Of a stretch of 64,000 bases of DNA, positions 11,138-22,978 are shown piece by piece. The notes below the pieces were generated by a model. The model worked only from the letters and a program-made list of their open reading frames with translations, was not told where the DNA came from and ran no database searches. The position numbers and the translations under genes are program-made. This DNA is from Podarcis muralis (taxonomy: Eukaryota). The DNA lies in NCBI RefSeq assembly GCF_964188315.1, contig NC_135663.1, positions 23,188,001 through 23,252,000 on the forward strand. Reading direction: 5' to 3'. Each line of letters starts with the position of its first letter. Positions within the stretch are counted from its first letter, which is position 1.

Positions 11138-13631
11138 GTTTGTAGCATACATTTGACAGGAGTCCCCGTTGGAAGTTGGGGAACTAGGAAAAGCAAAATG
11201 CAGGGCAGAGAAGTTAATATATAGAAACCACATTTTTATTGCCAATTGAATCTACTGAAAGCTAATGTCTTTAGATTCCTTTCCAATCCTATTCCTTCAC
11301 CCATGCACTGTTAAGGCCCCAATCCTACTATGCATTTTTACCTGGGAGTAAGTCCCGTTTGAGTTGTTACAAACTACTGCTGTGTCAGCAGCAGTAGTTG
11401 ACTGGGCTGCATGTCAGTTTCAACTGTCTTAACTTTCTATGGGTTGTTCTACTGTCTACTTTCAATACATGAATATGTATACTTTATCTGTTAAATCAGC
11501 AGTCATTTGCTTTGGAAAGAAACGACTAATCTTGCTTATAAACTTGAGATATGCACGGCAGGAATGGGAAAGTTGTGGTCCTTCAGGGAGGTCTCCTATT
11601 TCCATCAGTGCCAGCCAACATGTCCAATGGCAACAGATGATGGGAGTTGTAGTCCAAAGATATGGGCAAGGGCATGGATTCCCCATTCCTGATGTATAGA
11701 GTCAAGAGCTCAAAAGGACCTGGCTTGTGGTTAAGGATTTGCACTTAGTGCTCATTGAAATCCGTGAGACTTAAAATCCATGGGTCATGATTAATGTGTC
11801 CCATTGATTTAAATGTGGTGTAAGTTCGTCTTAGTCTGGATCCATAGTTTCGTTGTGTTTTAACAGGACTTAACTTCCAGGAGGTATGCATAGAAGTTAA
11901 GGGCAGGACTAAAAAAGAGCTAACAAAGCCCTGCACAGGGTTTTCTGCTTGCACAACAAAGAACAACTTGTGGGAATTGTTGTTGTGTTGCTATTGTTGG
12001 CACCCGTCGGTCTCAAGAGACAATGGAGTGTGCCTTCAGGGGGAAGTCAAATTGCTGTGTTAGCAGCACCAAAGTGACCTCCCTGGGGAACAAGCAGGTC
12101 CTGGGCTTACCAGACAACAAGACCCCTCTCTCAGCCTCGCTGATGTGGTCCAAAGGAAAGCAGAGAAATGCAGCTTGGGGGAGTAGCTGGCATTAATCAG
12201 GGGAAAGGCAGAAGGATCAGGAGTTAATCCCTCTTTTCTGAAGGATCATGCTCCCAATCTGAATTGGGTATCTCTCTCTTATTAACATTGGGCAGGGGGC
12301 AGAAATGCCTGGGATCTCTCTTATTGCACCTAGCCTGGTCCAGAACTTCAAAAAAGTATGACTAGCAATGCATTCCTCTGAAAGCAAACGCCACCCTGTG
12401 CCATTCCTCTCCAAAACACGCTTGACATTTCATTCCACAGCCCTTGGCAATGCCATTGTCGTAAGCTCCTCTTCGATTTGTGCATATTCAGTCCGCAGAC
12501 ACATTTCCCACTAAACATCTGTATAGCAATTCTAATCTCCCGGTGAATTTTTTTTATTACACAGGAAACCTTTAAATGCCTTTCATAGTGATGGCAGGTG
12601 ATTTTATTATTATTATTTTTTTAAAAAAAGAAGTGCTGGGATTTAGACGTGTCTAGTGCACAATGTCGCCAAGAGCTGTGCAGAAGTCCTGCTTGTCCTC
12701 TATCGGTAACTTCCCATTCCATATCTAAAACAGCATAATCCGTGGATTACGGGTTTCTCAAGCCTTGTGATGTTACACGTCCCTGTCACTTTTTGTGCGG
12801 GGTGACTTCAAAATGCTTCCCGTTAATTGACACCGACACTGATAAGTGCATTAAGACGGGAGGCGAAGGCAAATTTCCTCTACATGACTATTCATAGAGG
12901 ACTAATCTTACAGCCGTCAAAGTAAAACGCACAGGTACCTCAGACTATCTGCCATGTACAATAAGCCCCTGTTCGCTGCAGCAATTTGCACACAGCTTTA
13001 CCCTGTGAATTTAATGCCATGGCACTGTAATCTGCCCAATAGTTCATGGTTAACAATGAGCCCAGCAGCCGATTTCCACAAAAACCCTACTTACACGAGC
13101 AGTTTACTCACATAGGCATTGTTAGATCGGGCCCGTCTTCTATGAAATGACAAATCACTGTGTGCAAGCAGTTATTTTCCCAGGGCAGTGGAAATGAGCG
13201 TGAAACTAGGCATGATGTTAAAGTGTACTTAAAAATATATATTGAATAGCATTCCCTGATAACTAGTGGGGATTAGAGCAGGTGAGGAAGGGAAGTTTAA
13301 CCCTTTCTTCCCATGCTACCAATGGAGGGTTTCAGCTCTGTGAAAATAGCTTTAAATGAGTGTTTTTTGTCAGGACTTCGAGAAAGAGCCAAACCATTTT
13401 CCACATGTGCTGCATCCTTTTTTAAATTATCAACACACCCAGTGGCCACTATCTGCATTTTTTAAAGAAGCATGTGTGTTAAATACATTGGGGCATTGAA
13501 TGCTGTATGTGGTTTGGCCATGGCTCTGTGTTGAAATAAGCAAGAGTATTCCAATAGGCAACATGCTAGATTTAGACATGGGTTACCAGGATTCAAATAC
13601 CTATTCAGCTACTGAATTTAGATACTTACGG

Positions 13632-13967
13632 TAAAGGTAAAGGGACCCCCTGACCATTAGGTCCAGTCGTGGCTGACTCGGGGGTTGTGGAGCTCATCTT
13701 GCTTTATTGGCCAAGGGAACTGGCGTACAGCTTCCGGGTCATGTGGCCAGCATGACTAAACCACTTCTGGCAAACCAGAGCAGCGCACGGAAACACAGTT
13801 TACCTTCCCGCTGGAAGCACCCACTTTGAGGTGCTTTCAAACTGCTAGGTGGCAGGAGCAGGGACTGAGCAACCGGAGCTCACCCCATCGCGGGAATTCG
13901 AACCACCAACCTTCTGATCGGCAAGTCCTAGGCTCTGTGGTTTAACCCACAGCGCCACCCACGTCCC
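13632..13967 (-). mobile_element. Sauria SINE, full length (subfamily B type)
   Basis: GGGAC(G/T)GGGTGGCGCTG start on the minus strand and ACCTTT tail. 13-bp TSD tagatacttacgg at 13619-13631 and 13968-13980. Confidence 0.95.
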
Positions 13968-14236
13968 TAGATACTTACGGACTCACTGTTAAAACTGTGT
14001 TTTTGGAAGACAGTCTTACTGGGCTACGAGTGATTGCCAAAGAAGAAGAAGAGATACTGAATAATACCGACTTGCCAAGGGAGTGTGATGGGGATTGATT
14101 GGGAAAGTGAATGAGACAGAGATTGTCATATATGGTGGAGAAAACAGCCGCAGGGATGTTGATATACCCTGAATATGCTTTCCTATGGCATTGCAATTGA
14201 AAGTATGTCTCAAGCTGGGTTTTGTATTCTTTCCAG

Positions 14237-14435
14237 CCTGAATTTCCACGGCAGACTGAAAGCCACAGGTCCATGATACTCTCCACATACAACTCAGACT
14301 TGCTGTACCAAGCCAAGCGCAAATGCAACGCCACTCAGGAGTTTGATATTGATCTCTACGAAGGAGAATTGGTGGCTGTCGTGGAACGAAAGGATCCTTT
14401 CGGAAGTACTGGCAGATGGCTTGTCGACACTGGAA
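14237..14435 (+). CDS. ARHGEF38: ARHGEF38 exon (first SH3 domain)
   Basis: ttccag| and |gtaagt. PEFPRQTESHRS...LYQAKRKCNATQEFDIDLYEGELVAVVERKDPFGSTGRWLVDTG. Confidence 0.95.
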
Positions 14436-14804
14436 GTAAGTCCTCAGGCACATTCATCACAATATTGGATGTCCTTTGGCTGTGATGGTTATTAAATATG
14501 GACGCAACAGCCCTGTGATCTCAGCTTCCATGTTGTGCCACAGTGACTTCTCGCAGAGGTTGCTAGTAGTATTCTAGCCTGCCCTGTGAGCTGGTCATGG
14601 CTCACACCACAAGTACCTAACCTAGCATGAGTGACGTTATCCTGAGTAAGGATTTGGCACTGGTGGTACAAAACAGAGCAACTTCCAACATGATTGAGTT
14701 TACAAAAACACATAAACTGTTCTTAATTTATATTCTATCCTGCTTGTACTGGGTTTCTGAATTGCAGAATTTTGGTCTTTAACTTGCAGTATATATTTTA
14801 AGGA

Positions 14805-14836
<32 letters not shown>

Positions 14837-15540
14837 GTTTTAAATAAAATCTTTACAACATCCTAAAAATATCCCAGACTGAAGTCAAATACAAAAGAAA
14901 AAATTAAAATGCACATTTTATAGTAGCACAGATAACATAACTAAATAAGTTATCTAAGATATCCTCTTAAACATCAATATAAGCTAAAACAACTGACGTA
15001 TTGGGCCCATAACAACTATTAGCAGATCCAAAATACAGAAATCCAACAGACACAACCAGCATCACCCATCAAGTAGGCAAACATGTATTTATAGGTAGCA
15101 GCTACATTCCCACCTCGGCAGCTATTTCTCCTACTTACATGGAATAAGGCATCACCCACAATATTTCCTCCTTCACTTGTTGCTAAAGCAACAAAAAAGG
15201 AGGTGTCACTCTTGCCCTCTAGATAACCCCAAAGGGCCAACCCCCCTTTTTTTTACCCCTTCTGTGTCACCCAACCCAGAGTGGCCTGCCACATCACAAC
15301 AACACTAGTTGTAAGACTAGGGACCGCCAGTGACTTTTTGCCCAGCCTCACTGGGGGGATTATGGACCAGACTAGGTACATTGAGAGAACATGGTGGACA
15401 AGAGGAACCAAGTGGTCTCCCCGCTGCTTCCATACTCCTTATTGGTGGCAAGCCTTTCTTTGCTTTTTATGAAGGGCAGAAGGACTGGGGAGCAGGGAAG
15501 CACATCCTAATTTCTTTAAATTTTCCTCCTCCCTCCCTAG

Positions 15541-15806
15541 TTTCGAAAGGATACGTTTACTCCTCCTTCCTGAAGCCCTACAATCCAGCAAAGGCACAAA
15601 AGGAGGCTTCAGATGCCAGTTTCTGCGACGGCGACTTTGATAACATCAGCCTTTTTGTCTCCGTGAGGCAAGTGGATGACGGCAGCACAAAACCCACAGG
15701 GCAGCACAAGAGAAGCGGAAGCAGCTCTTCCTACAATAGCCTGTGTGAAAAGGCAGCTATTAACGGGACAGAGGTGGATTGCTTCTACGGAGTGGACGAC
15801 CAAGAT
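15541..15806 (+). CDS. ARHGEF38: ARHGEF38 exon (end of SH3-1 and linker)
   Basis: ccctag| and |gtaagc. (I)SKGYVYSSFLKPYNPAK...VDCFYGVDDQD. Confidence 0.92.
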
Positions 15807-15950
15807 GTAAGCATCATGAGTTCACCTTCATTCCCCTCCTCCTTGTAGCTGCTTGCTCACCTGTTCTCTCCAGGTGTGTGAACAGCAAGGAGGTGGCACA
15901 CAAATGAGCAGCGGCAAGGAGGTGGGCCCACTCAGAGAATCTTCGGAAGG

Positions 15951-16090
15951 GGTGTGGCTTGGTGGAAGAGTATCCACCTCATATGCAGAAGGTCTGAGGT
16001 TCAATCCCTGGCATCGCCAGGTCAGACTAGAGAGAGCCCCGTCTAAAACCAGAGAGAGCAGCTGCCAGTCAGTGTGAATAATGCTAAGCT
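15951..16090 (+). mobile_element. tRNA-derived SINE, diverged
   Basis: A-box-like gtggcttggtgg and B-box ggttcaatccc. Confidence 0.6.
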
Positions 16091-16141
16091 AGACAGTGTA
16101 AGTCAGTTTGTCCAACTTTGCCCAAACACCTGTCCAAAAGT

Positions 16142-16315
16142 CATAGTATTACAGTATCATAGATTCCAACCACCTGCAATGCAGGAATGTCAACTAAAGC
16201 ATCCATGACAGATGGCCACCCAACCTCTGCTTAAAAGCCTCCAAAGAAGGAAAGTCCACAACCTCCTGAGGGAGACCATTCCACTGTCGAACAGCTCTTA
16301 TGGTCAGAAAGTTTT
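16142..16315 (-). mobile_element. CR1 3' fragment
   Basis: Similar to 7286-7677 (aacctctgcttaaa...ctccaaagaagg...cattccactgtcgaacagctctta). Confidence 0.7.
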
Positions 16316-16401
16316 TTTTTTTTCCTGTTGTCCCTTGCTGTGGTGAGAGGAAGAGCATGTCAAACGAAGCTCTAGATTTGGAGAAGACTATGTCAAACTT
16401 A

Positions 16402-16757
16402 GGGACGCGGGTGGCGCTGTGGGTAAAAGCCTCAGCGCCTAGGACTTGCCGATCAAGAGGTTGGCGGTTCGAATCCCCGCCGCGAGGTGCGCTCCCGCTG
16501 CTCGGTCCCAGCGCCTGCCAACCTAGCAGTTCGAAAGCACCCCCGGGTGCAAGTAGATAAATAGGGACCGCTTACCAGCGGGAAGGTAAACGGCGTTTCC
16601 GTGTGCTGCGCTGGCTCGCCAGATGCAGCTTGTCATGCTGGCCACGTGACCTGGAAGTGTCTGCGGACAGCGCTGGCCCCCGGCCTATAGAGTGAGATGG
16701 GCGCACAACCCTAGAGTCTGGCAAGACTGGCCCGTACGGGCAGGGGTACCTTTTACT
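16402..16757 (+). mobile_element. Sauria SINE, full length (subfamily A type)
   Basis: gggacgcgggtggcgctg ... cccgtacgggcaggggtacctttt, flanked by tatgtcaaacttag. Confidence 0.95.
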
Positions 16758-16771
16758 TATGTCAAACTTAG

Positions 16772-17127
16772 AGGGAAGCGGTTGGCGCTATGGGTTAAAC
16801 CACAGAGCCTAGGGCTTTCTGATCAGAAGGTCAGTGGTTTGAATCCCTGTGACGGGGTGAGCTCCCATTGCTTGGTCCCTGCTCCTGCCAAACTAGCAGT
16901 TCGAAAGCACGTCAAAATGCAAGTAGATAAATAGGTACCGCTCCAGCGGGAAGGTAAACGGCGTTTCCATGCGCTGCTCTGGTTCACCAGAAGTGGCTTA
17001 GTCATGCTGGCCACATGACCCGGAAGCTGTACGCCGGCTCCCTTGGCCAATAAAGCGAGATGAGCGCCGCAACCCCAGAGTCGGCCACGACTGGACCTAA
17101 TGGTCAGGGGTCCCTTTACCCTTTACC
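16772..17127 (+). mobile_element. Sauria SINE, full length (subfamily B type)
   Basis: gggaagcggttggcgct ... ctaatggtcaggggtccctttaccctttacc, flanked by tatgtcaaacttag. Confidence 0.95.
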
Positions 17128-17362
17128 TATGTCAAACTTAGCAGCGGCCTGTAGGAAATATTCTAAAGTTGTGAAGTGGTGCTTCTGGAAACTGTGAGGC
17201 CCTGTCATGCTGCCCAGTGTCTGAACTATAGCTGTCAATGTTTCCCTTTTTTTAAAGGGAAATTCCCTTATTCCGAATAGGATTCCTCACAAGAAAAGGG
17301 AAAAATTGACAGCTATGGTCTGAACTAGGAACTCTGAGGCCTGAGGCTGCCCTCCTGGATTT

Positions 17363-17492
17363 GAGAATCATGGAACTGGAAGGGACCCTGAGGATCATAG
17401 TCCAACCCACTGCACTGTAGGAATATGCAGCTGTCGATATGGGGGGATCAAACCTGCAACTTTGGCACCATGCTCTAGCCAACTGAGCTACC
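17363..17492 (-). mobile_element. tRNA/CR1-tail SINE
   Basis: Reverse-orientation relative of 10637-10774. Confidence 0.65.
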
Positions 17493-18058
17493 CAGCTAAT
17501 AGCATAGCACAGGTGCCACCCTGTTCTCCTTTGGGAGGACAGACAGGCTAGAAATGTAATCAGCAAATAAGAAAAACAAGAAGTTCCCTCTTGCCTGCTG
17601 TTTGCCTTTCTGCATCAAGGGTAGCCAGTGGGGTGCCCTCCAGATGTTGGCCATTCTGCTTGGGGTTGATGGGACATCCAATATTTGTAATTTGGCAACA
17701 TCTGGATGACATCACATTGGCTTCCCCTGGTTTGCAAACTCGCTTGTGTTTATAGGAGGAGTGCTGCATGTCACCATAGCACGTAAGAGTTGCTTATATC
17801 CCAGGTTTCTGACAGGAGACATTACCAGCCGTACCTGTGACCTTCTGCATGACTAGCAGATGCTCTCCCACTGACCTGCCACCTTTCCCATTGGTGGTGT
17901 ATACATACCATATATTTAAAGCACATGGCTTTCTTCATGACAGTCCCTGAGATTCTTTGGAGGGAGCTATGTGCTTTTAATGTGTGTATGTAGCCATCAT
18001 ATGCTGAAAGAGCAGCTAAGACCGAAAAGACATTTTCTCTTTTGTTTCTCCCTCTCAG

Positions 18059-18244
18059 ACATTTTATGCGGTTCATGCATTTCAAGCAAGGAGCCACCAG
18101 GAGCTCAGCCTTCAAGAGTACCAGCGAGTTCGGATCCTTCGTTTTTCTGACCTGAGCGGCAACAAGGAATGGTGGTTAGCGGAAGCGAAAGGACAAAAGG
18201 GATACGTGCCAGCAAATTACCTTGGGAAGATGACTTACGCGTAA
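18059..18244 (+). CDS. ARHGEF38: ARHGEF38 last coding exon (C-terminal SH3 domain)
   Basis: tctcag| acceptor. TFYAVHAFQARSHQELSLQEYQRVRILRFSDLSGNKEWWLAEAKGQKGYVPANYLGKMTYA then TAA at 18242-18244. Canonical SH3 WW and GYVPANY motifs. Confidence 0.96.
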   Translation, partial: TFYAVHAFQARSHQELSLQEYQRVRILRFSDLSGNKEWWLAEAKGQKGYVPANYLGKMTYA

Positions 18245-18609
18245 ACATCAGAAACACAACACCTAATTCTCTGAAATGTCAGAGGCAAAAGTCTTCCGTT
18301 TTGCTCTGGTCTGCTCAAAAGTTCGTTGGTAAATCAAGAGCTGAAGAACTTATGAAGGAGGTATTTAAAACAAAGAAAAAACTGTTGTCCTGAATTGCTT
18401 GCATCCTTTCACTTTGCCACACTGCTTTTGTTGGAATCTCCCCTGGTGTATGGAGAGTCAGTGTGGCATCGTGGTTAGAGTGTCTGACTAGGACCTGGAG
18501 AGACCAGGGTTCAAATCCCCAGTCAGCCATGAAGCTCATTGAGCATCCTTGGGCCAGTCACTGCCTTTCAGCCAAATCTACCTCGAAGGGTTGTTGTGCA
18601 TCAGGGCTG

Positions 18610-19038
18610 TGTCAGGTGTGCGTGCAGGAGCCAGGCCCTGTGACCGATAGGACTTTGCAGGACTGGGGCCTTCCTAAGTTTGTTCTGAAGAGGCAAGGCA
18701 TGGCCTCACAGGTGAGGCCGATTGGTAACTCACAGCACCTGGTGGCAAGAGCTGGGAAGGGATATAAGGTCAGCATTTCCCTTTGGCTCTTTGCCACAGC
18801 AACACACTTCCTGCCTTGCTGTGTTTGGCTTCTTGCATCCTGATCCTTGGACCTCGGCTTCTTGACTCCTTGCTTCCTGACCCTCAGACCCTTGGCTTCT
18901 TGACTCCCGGCTCTCCGACCCTCAGACTCTTCGCTTCCTGGCTTCTGGACCCCCGTTCCTGCTCCCACCCCACCATCTTGCCCCCGGTCCTGACGTCCCC
19001 AGCCAGGACTTCGATTGCCTGTGAACCGGACTATGACA
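18610..19038 (+). mobile_element. Solo LTR
   Basis: TGTCA...TGACA termini. Perfect 5-bp TSD ggctg at 18605-18609 and 19039-19043. TATA-like gatataag at ~18771, and ~39-bp internal tandem repeats at ~18850-18950. Confidence 0.88.
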
Positions 19039-19161
19039 GGCTGGCTCAGACACAGGTCAGCACTCAAGCACAGAGACGAGTTTAATTCTTCATTCAAGAA
19101 AACAGCAAACAAGGCAGAGAAGCTTCAAAGCAGGGCCAGCTTCCGTAGCAGTTGCCAGGAC

Positions 19162-19474
19162 CAGAGTCATAGCAAGGTCAGGTGGTACCCAGCGTGAATT
19201 TTTTTTTTGTCAAACCCCCCCCCCCCAATCAATGGCTTGGGGTAGTCTTGGGAGTCGCAGGCGGGCAGTGTGCCAAATATCACCCCTGGGTGTGCCGGCC
19301 GCCTACGACTCCCAAGCCTCCCCTGAGCTGTCAAAATTAAGGCAAAGCGGCGCAGCTCCCCGCTTCCCCCAATGGCTCAGGGTAGACTTGGGAGTCGCGG
19401 GCAGGCAGCGCACCAAATGTTACCCCCCTCAGTGAGGACACCTGGGGCGGTCCGCCCCCCTTCCTACACCTCTG
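19162..19474. mobile_element. hAT-type MITE
   Basis: Imperfect TIR cagagtcatagcaagg vs cagaggtgtaggaagg. Perfect 8-bp TSD gccaggac at 19154-19161 and 19475-19482. Confidence 0.85.
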
Positions 19475-21962
19475 GCCAGGACAGACAGTTTCTTCTTCCG
19501 TCTCCCCCCCCCCCCCCCAAGACGGGGGAGTTGCCCACGTAGATGTAAACCATGGCGAGAGGGAATTCTTGCTCGTTGTTTAGCCATAGTTCTTTGTGTC
19601 CTTGGGGACGGCAACCAAACACAGTAGGGCAGGCAATCTCTTGGGAAGCTTCAAGTGCTGAGTCTGAACTGCTTTCTGCCCTTGGCTCTTCCCTCTCGCT
19701 CAAGCCTGTTGCTTCTTCAGTGGCCCACCATTCTCCCCCCACCTTCATCTTCTGACCTGTCCTTAGTGTCGTCGTCCCGTGCTCTGACCCTTCCTCTTTA
19801 TAGGGGGTACGCAAGCTGGTACCGCTCTCCATTTCTCGTCACCCAGCTAGTCCTCGAGGTTGTGGGGATTAAATTAGGTGGTAAAGAACCTAACACATGC
19901 CGCCTTGCGCTCCTTGGAGAAAAAGGTGGGATATAAATGCAATAAGTTACTATGTAAATAACCATCTATGTCACATCCGCATAAGAGCAAGCACCGTGAT
20001 TTGAGGTCAACAGCTCTTGTTTTCCCCAGCTTGCTCTCATCCTTGCTAGGGCTGGTGGGAGGGCACTAGGCTGATGAAGATTGCATTAACTCATATATGA
20101 GGTTCAGCAGGGGTCCTTGGCCAATAGTATTTCTCAGCCTAACCTGGATAAGGGGAACTTGTTGCACTCCAGGTGTAGCTGATCTACAACTCCCAAAATC
20201 CATGACAATTGGCTGTAATGGTTGGGGCTAATAGGAGTTTAACTCCAAAAATATCTGAAGGGCCGCAAGTCCCCAACCCCTGGCCTAGCTCTTCCCCCAG
20301 AGTTGTCTTGCAATCTCCAAGAAATGGTTAAAATCTAAGGAGATGCAGCTTGGTGTGGGGCGGAGGGGAATCCCACAAAAAAATTATGTCTTCCACACTA
20401 GCTTGATTCTGATGGTTTGCAGCAAGTTGCTTACTGCATTCCAAGTAGAAATTTCAAAAAATTAGCTAGGGGTAGCGTAGAAGTAGCATGTGCCCTTTTT
20501 ATCTCTGAAATAAAAGTAAAATATACAAAATTATGAAGTTCCCTCGCCTATACCTGTTATTTTTGCTGGAGAAGTATTCAGTGCCACTTTCCTATGTGAA
20601 TTTAGCTGGGAGAAAGACCCATTGAACACCGTGGGACTTACCTTTGAGTAGACATGCCTAGGACTTTCTGTACAGCTGGAAATCTAAACACACTTAATGG
20701 AGGGAGTAAGTGCTATTGAATGTAGACTTGCTTTTAAGTAAATGTGCTCAGGATTGGGCTACAAACATCCCTAGTGCCCTATTTAATGTGCCTGCAACAG
20801 GGCGGAGGATAAGTATTCCAGACATTTAGTGCATGGCACCGATTTGATTGCCTCGTGATAAGAAGGAATACATTGGGCTCCTAAAAGAGTTTTAGATTTG
20901 GGCTTTTTAAAATTAGTATTTTTTACTAAGTCTGTCTGTTGTCTCTCAACACACGGAAGGCTGCCCTGGGGAAAGCCTATCATGCATTTAAGCATTTGTA
21001 GTTTATGTAATAAACAGAATGCTCACACCAATGTTTTTGCAGTGACAGTGAAATTCAGCAGACTAGAAAACAAACAGGGCTTTGTAAATAATGCTACCTG
21101 TCTTTCAAATTGAGAAATGGGGGTGGAATGAAGTATCTGCTTGATGCTGTCCCGCTTTTCTGAATCTTAATGGGGATTATGAAGCTTAAAAGCCCTATGT
21201 GGTTGAGTTGACTACCCCTATCTGTTGCACTGTCTTTTGTTTATATACCAAATGGTTCGTAATGAAGAAAGCATTCCTTTGCTGAAAGGCTCCCTGCACC
21301 GTTTATGGTATGCTTTACATTTCAAAATGGGATGAAGCAGTTTTCCCTTCCTCCAGCAGTAGCTGAACGGTGTGCAAAGGGCTGAACTCACACACTGATG
21401 AAGCTTTGGAGGCCAAGAAGAAACAGTTGGGCCGACAATTTGATATTGTTTTTATTGTATTTATCGGCGGGGGTTTTTGAGACCCTGAAAGGGTATAATG
21501 TTATCTGTGACAAAGAGTTGTTTTCAGGATTTCATTTTTGAGGTGCTGAAATATGATATTTAAAGTCTCTAGTTTCCAGGCACTTGTCATGTTAAAAATG
21601 TTTAGCTCAAGCCAGAAATAAAGATCCACAAGCCATTGAATGTGCCTTTACCTACTGGGTGTCAGATTAAGGAGGAATGAAGGCCAGTTGTTCCAGCTAG
21701 ATTTGTTAAAAGATGCATAAGGAATTCTATTCCAACTCAAGTTCATTCAAGTGGAATCGTAAGGAGTTGGTTGCCAATCACGGACAATGGAGTCTAGAAT
21801 GTGTTTGTTTCAAGTATTCACTCTTATGATGGGCTTGCATGAAACATATCATATAGTATACCTAGTTGAACGTATTTATTTTCTTATAAAAGCAAATGAA
21901 TTTAGCAAATAACTCCAGATGATTCAGCGTGTAGAATTTTTGAGGATTACTGTGCTATAAGC

Positions 21963-22218
21963 CAGGGGTCGGCAAAGTTTACCTTGCCTGGGCCGGTTCA
22001 CTGCCGTAGAGCCCCCTCCGTGGGCCAGATCATGGGCGCGCAATTTCCGTTGTCTGCGCAGACACAATTTCTGGTGCCGCGGAAATGAGTCCCTGCACTG
22101 CGCTGGTTTAGCACAGCGGGTGGGAACTTGATGAGTGGGCGGCTTGGTTCAGGGGTGGCTTGTAAAACAACTCCTGTGGGCTGCTTGTGGCCCATGGGTC
22201 TTAGGGTGCCCACCCCTG
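21963..22218. mobile_element. hAT-type MITE
   Basis: caggggtcggca ... tgcccacccctg inverted ends. The TSD is only partly preserved. Confidence 0.7.
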
Positions 22219-22972
22219 CTAAGCAGTGGTATAGAAAGACAAATTCTGTTACACATTGTTTCATCACCACAGCAAATTGCATATGGAAAAACAAAGTTTG
22301 CCTTTCTATGTAATTTAAATGCAGAGGAGCTGTCTGAGTCTGGATCTGGCAACCCTAATAGCATCAACAGCCTAAATAACTGGGATCATGGTAGGAACAC
22401 AATTGGTCAATCTGAACTGTGATCATGTCTGAAGTGTAACTGTATTTTAGTTTATTCTGGAGGATCAAGAATCAAATTAACTGAACAATTGGGAGCCTCA
22501 TTCAGCTGAATAGGAGCAAAGCTAAAGCAAAAATAATAATAAAAAATAATAACCCTGCAGTTGAAAGGTGCTTGTGCAGCAATTGTTCATGGAATGCATT
22601 GTGTGAAACATTATTCATTTCAATCAGAGCTGATTGCCATCAAAATATTGTTATGGATATTAACGCCTGTCTTTGGTAAACCAATGTCTGCATATACACC
22701 TCCTTATTCTGATGGCACACAAAGAATCTAGGCCAAACACTATCTGTACTTCTTCCTTTCACGAATGTTTATATTGCCATCTTTTTGTGATCTCAATTAT
22801 AATCCTAAAGAATGCCTTTGCATTCAAAAGTGTTCATCAAAACACAAATGGAAAGCTTAGCTCCATCTACAGCAAATATTATTGGGACAAAGCCTGTATG
22901 ACTAGAGATTTATTACTGTGAATTTAAACTACAGCAATGTCCGTGACTCAGAGTAATATGGTATTTGCTTTT

Positions 22973-22978
22973 AATAAA
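22973..22978 (+). terminator. Candidate distal polyadenylation signal of ARHGEF38
   Basis: AATAAA followed by T/GT-rich sequence, ~620 bp short of the inferred INTS12 3' end. Earlier AATAAA at 20509 and 21009 are alternatives. Confidence 0.4.

Larger units (their letters stand above)
18595..19842 (-). mobile_element. LTR-like element (probable solo LTR), itself interrupted twice
   Basis: On the minus strand: TATAAA (19797-19802), ATTAAA (19081-19086) and a ...GCACA end. It reads continuously once the two inner inserts are removed. Ends are approximate. Confidence 0.55.
18454..19945 (+). mobile_element. tRNA-derived SINE split by a nested insertion (pieces ~18454-18594 and ~19843-19945)
   Basis: The head (gtgtggcatcgtggttagag, gggttcaaatcccc) stops at gggttgttg and resumes as gttgtggggattaaa...gggatataaatgcaataa. 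Compare the intact copy at 7850-8060. Confidence 0.7.

Noticed and set aside
10637-18600. tRNA-like A/B boxes (10637, 15951, 16402, 18454)
   Set aside because: SINE heads followed by SINE bodies and tails. No complete cloverleaf.
18612-19832. ORFs of 100-166 aa in the nested repeat stack
   Set aside because: They cross element boundaries, are low-complexity and have no gag/pol/env similarity.
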